DNA of 62,140 bases, counting the filler, from Nemertoderma westbladi (taxonomy: Eukaryota; Animalia; Xenacoelomorpha): the NCBI GenBank assembly GCA_032718475.1. It is 3 parts of 3 records of this genome, joined end to end, with 100 filler letters (N's around TTAATTAATTAA, not from the genome) between each part and the next. Parts side by side here need not be neighbours in the genome. Positions count along the whole stretch, not along the records: positions 46,712 to 62,140 come from JAUCBJ010005804.1; 2 more parts are not named here. One strand, written 5' to 3'. Within the stretch, counting starts at the first letter, position 1. Every line of letters starts with the position of its first letter. The translations under genes were made by a program, and so were the position numbers. The notes under the pieces were generated by a model. It worked only from the letters and a program-made list of their open reading frames with translations, searched no databases and was not told the origin of the DNA. This document shows, piece by piece, positions 60,778-62,140 of the stretch.

Positions 60778-62101
60778 ATGGAATTTAACGTAACGGCCGT
60801 GGAAGATATGAAAGCAGAGGATTACATATTATATAAGACATCAACAATCTTAAATTTCATAACAATAATAATAACAGTTATTGGATTTATTGGTAACATA
60901 TTAGCCTATTTGACCGCTAATAGTATGAATATGGTATCTTCAACCACAACATATATGAAATGTCTAGCTGTAGCTGATATAACATCGGTTAGTACGATAA
61001 CAAAATGGCAATATTTCATATTTAACTATTTTATTTAACTATTAAGCTATTTGGCTGGTTGAAACTTACCAGATACCGGTCTCACTGTCCCCAGTGATAT
61101 GATTAAGTTTATCAATAGTAAAAATGGTATGTATGGAAACACATAGTAAGTTATGTTTCGCTATTCGTCGCAGTTTTGGGCCGCAGAGTGCACAGACATA
61201 CATAGACATTACAGTACAGTACTGTCAATAATTCTCTAGAGCAATTGTCCCATAAGGTTTGGGTGGGTATTAGCCTCCCAAACTTTGGCTACGCAATTCA
61301 GTTATTGTTATTTACTTAATGTATTTGTTTTATTGTATTATTAATTACCAATTTAATTGGTTGCAGGCGACGCAAGACGGGATTATAAGTCTTGGATTGC
61401 GATATTATGGGATTTTCGTTGAGGATTACAGTGTAATAGTTTGTCAAATTTTCTTCTATTGGAGTGCTATAACATCTGTTATAGCTAACTGGATTGTAAT
61501 GTCATTCACAGCTGATAGAATGGTTGCCACTGTTTTTCCTATTTATTACAGGCAAAAGGTTAATGCTGGTACTGCCCGAAAAGTTGTCCTGGCAATAACA
61601 ATTTTTCAATGTTTGTTTTTTGCTTGGTTTTTTTATGGATACGAGCTTGATTATGAGAATAAATGCAGATATAAAGCTTCAATCCCGGAATATGTAATTA
61701 CCATATGGAGCTGGTTTTGGATAATAACAATGTATGCCGGAATACCAGCTGTCGTTATTTCTATTTGTAATTTGGTAATAATAATATCGATACGGAGGCG
61801 AAAGAAAATTGGATCCAAACAAGAAGATAAAACAGCATCAACAGAGAGCAGCATTACAAAGCTACTTCTTGCTGTGTCCACCTCATTTCTATTTTTCACA
61901 ACAATTGTGGCATGTTCATATGGTCTATATCAGAGCACAACCGGTCCTACTGAGAGTGATAAAGCCACAAGGGCATTTTTTGTTACTATGACAGAAATGA
62001 ATGCAGTAATGAATAATTCTTTCAATTTTTTTCTTTATGTTATTACCGGGACAGTTTTCCGAAAGGCATTCATAAATATGATAACTTGTAAAAAACAGTA
62101 A
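60778..62101 (+). CDS. Class A (rhodopsin-like) orphan/peptide GPCR, 2 coding exons, 314 aa
   Basis: Exons 60778-60987 and 61367-62101 (phase-0 GT-AG intron). TM1 GN, TM2 LAVAD, TM3 C...ADR, TM5 P, TM7 NFFLY and helix 8 FRKAF. Confidence 0.9.
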
Positions 62102-62140
62102 AGTTTTTAAAATATATAAAACAATTTTTCAATAAATGAT

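Overview
AT-rich, repeat-dense window from an invertebrate animal genome (GT-AG introns, metazoan genes; species not identifiable). It consists of three contigs joined by artificial N44-TTAATTAATTAA-N44 spacers (17954-18053, 46612-46711), so adjacency across these is unverified. Host genes: an intronless SMARCAL1 (21644-23755), a 3-exon Tim17/NDUFA11-like membrane protein gene (48423-51895), a 2-exon class A GPCR (60778-62101) and an orphan ORF (3448-4332). Mobile DNA dominates: an intact Kolobok-type transposon (27870-31251), RTE LINE fragments, CRE-type and hAT remnants, Helitron-like and Ginger1-like non-autonomous elements, MITEs, tRNA-derived SINEs, minisatellites and a 13.7-kb satellite with about 3.1-kb higher-order repeats. 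The most notable feature is a compact, intronless two-gene cassette (8931-11439, minus strand): a KDZ (Kyakuja-Dileera-Zisupton) transposase followed by a prokaryote-type DUF3987/YfjI AAA+-like NTPase. It is flanked by repeats sharing a conserved bipartite motif and by a 276-bp TIR element with an 8-bp TSD, making it a candidate eukaryotic transposase-plus-ATPase system. All family assignments come from motif recognition by eye, not database searches.
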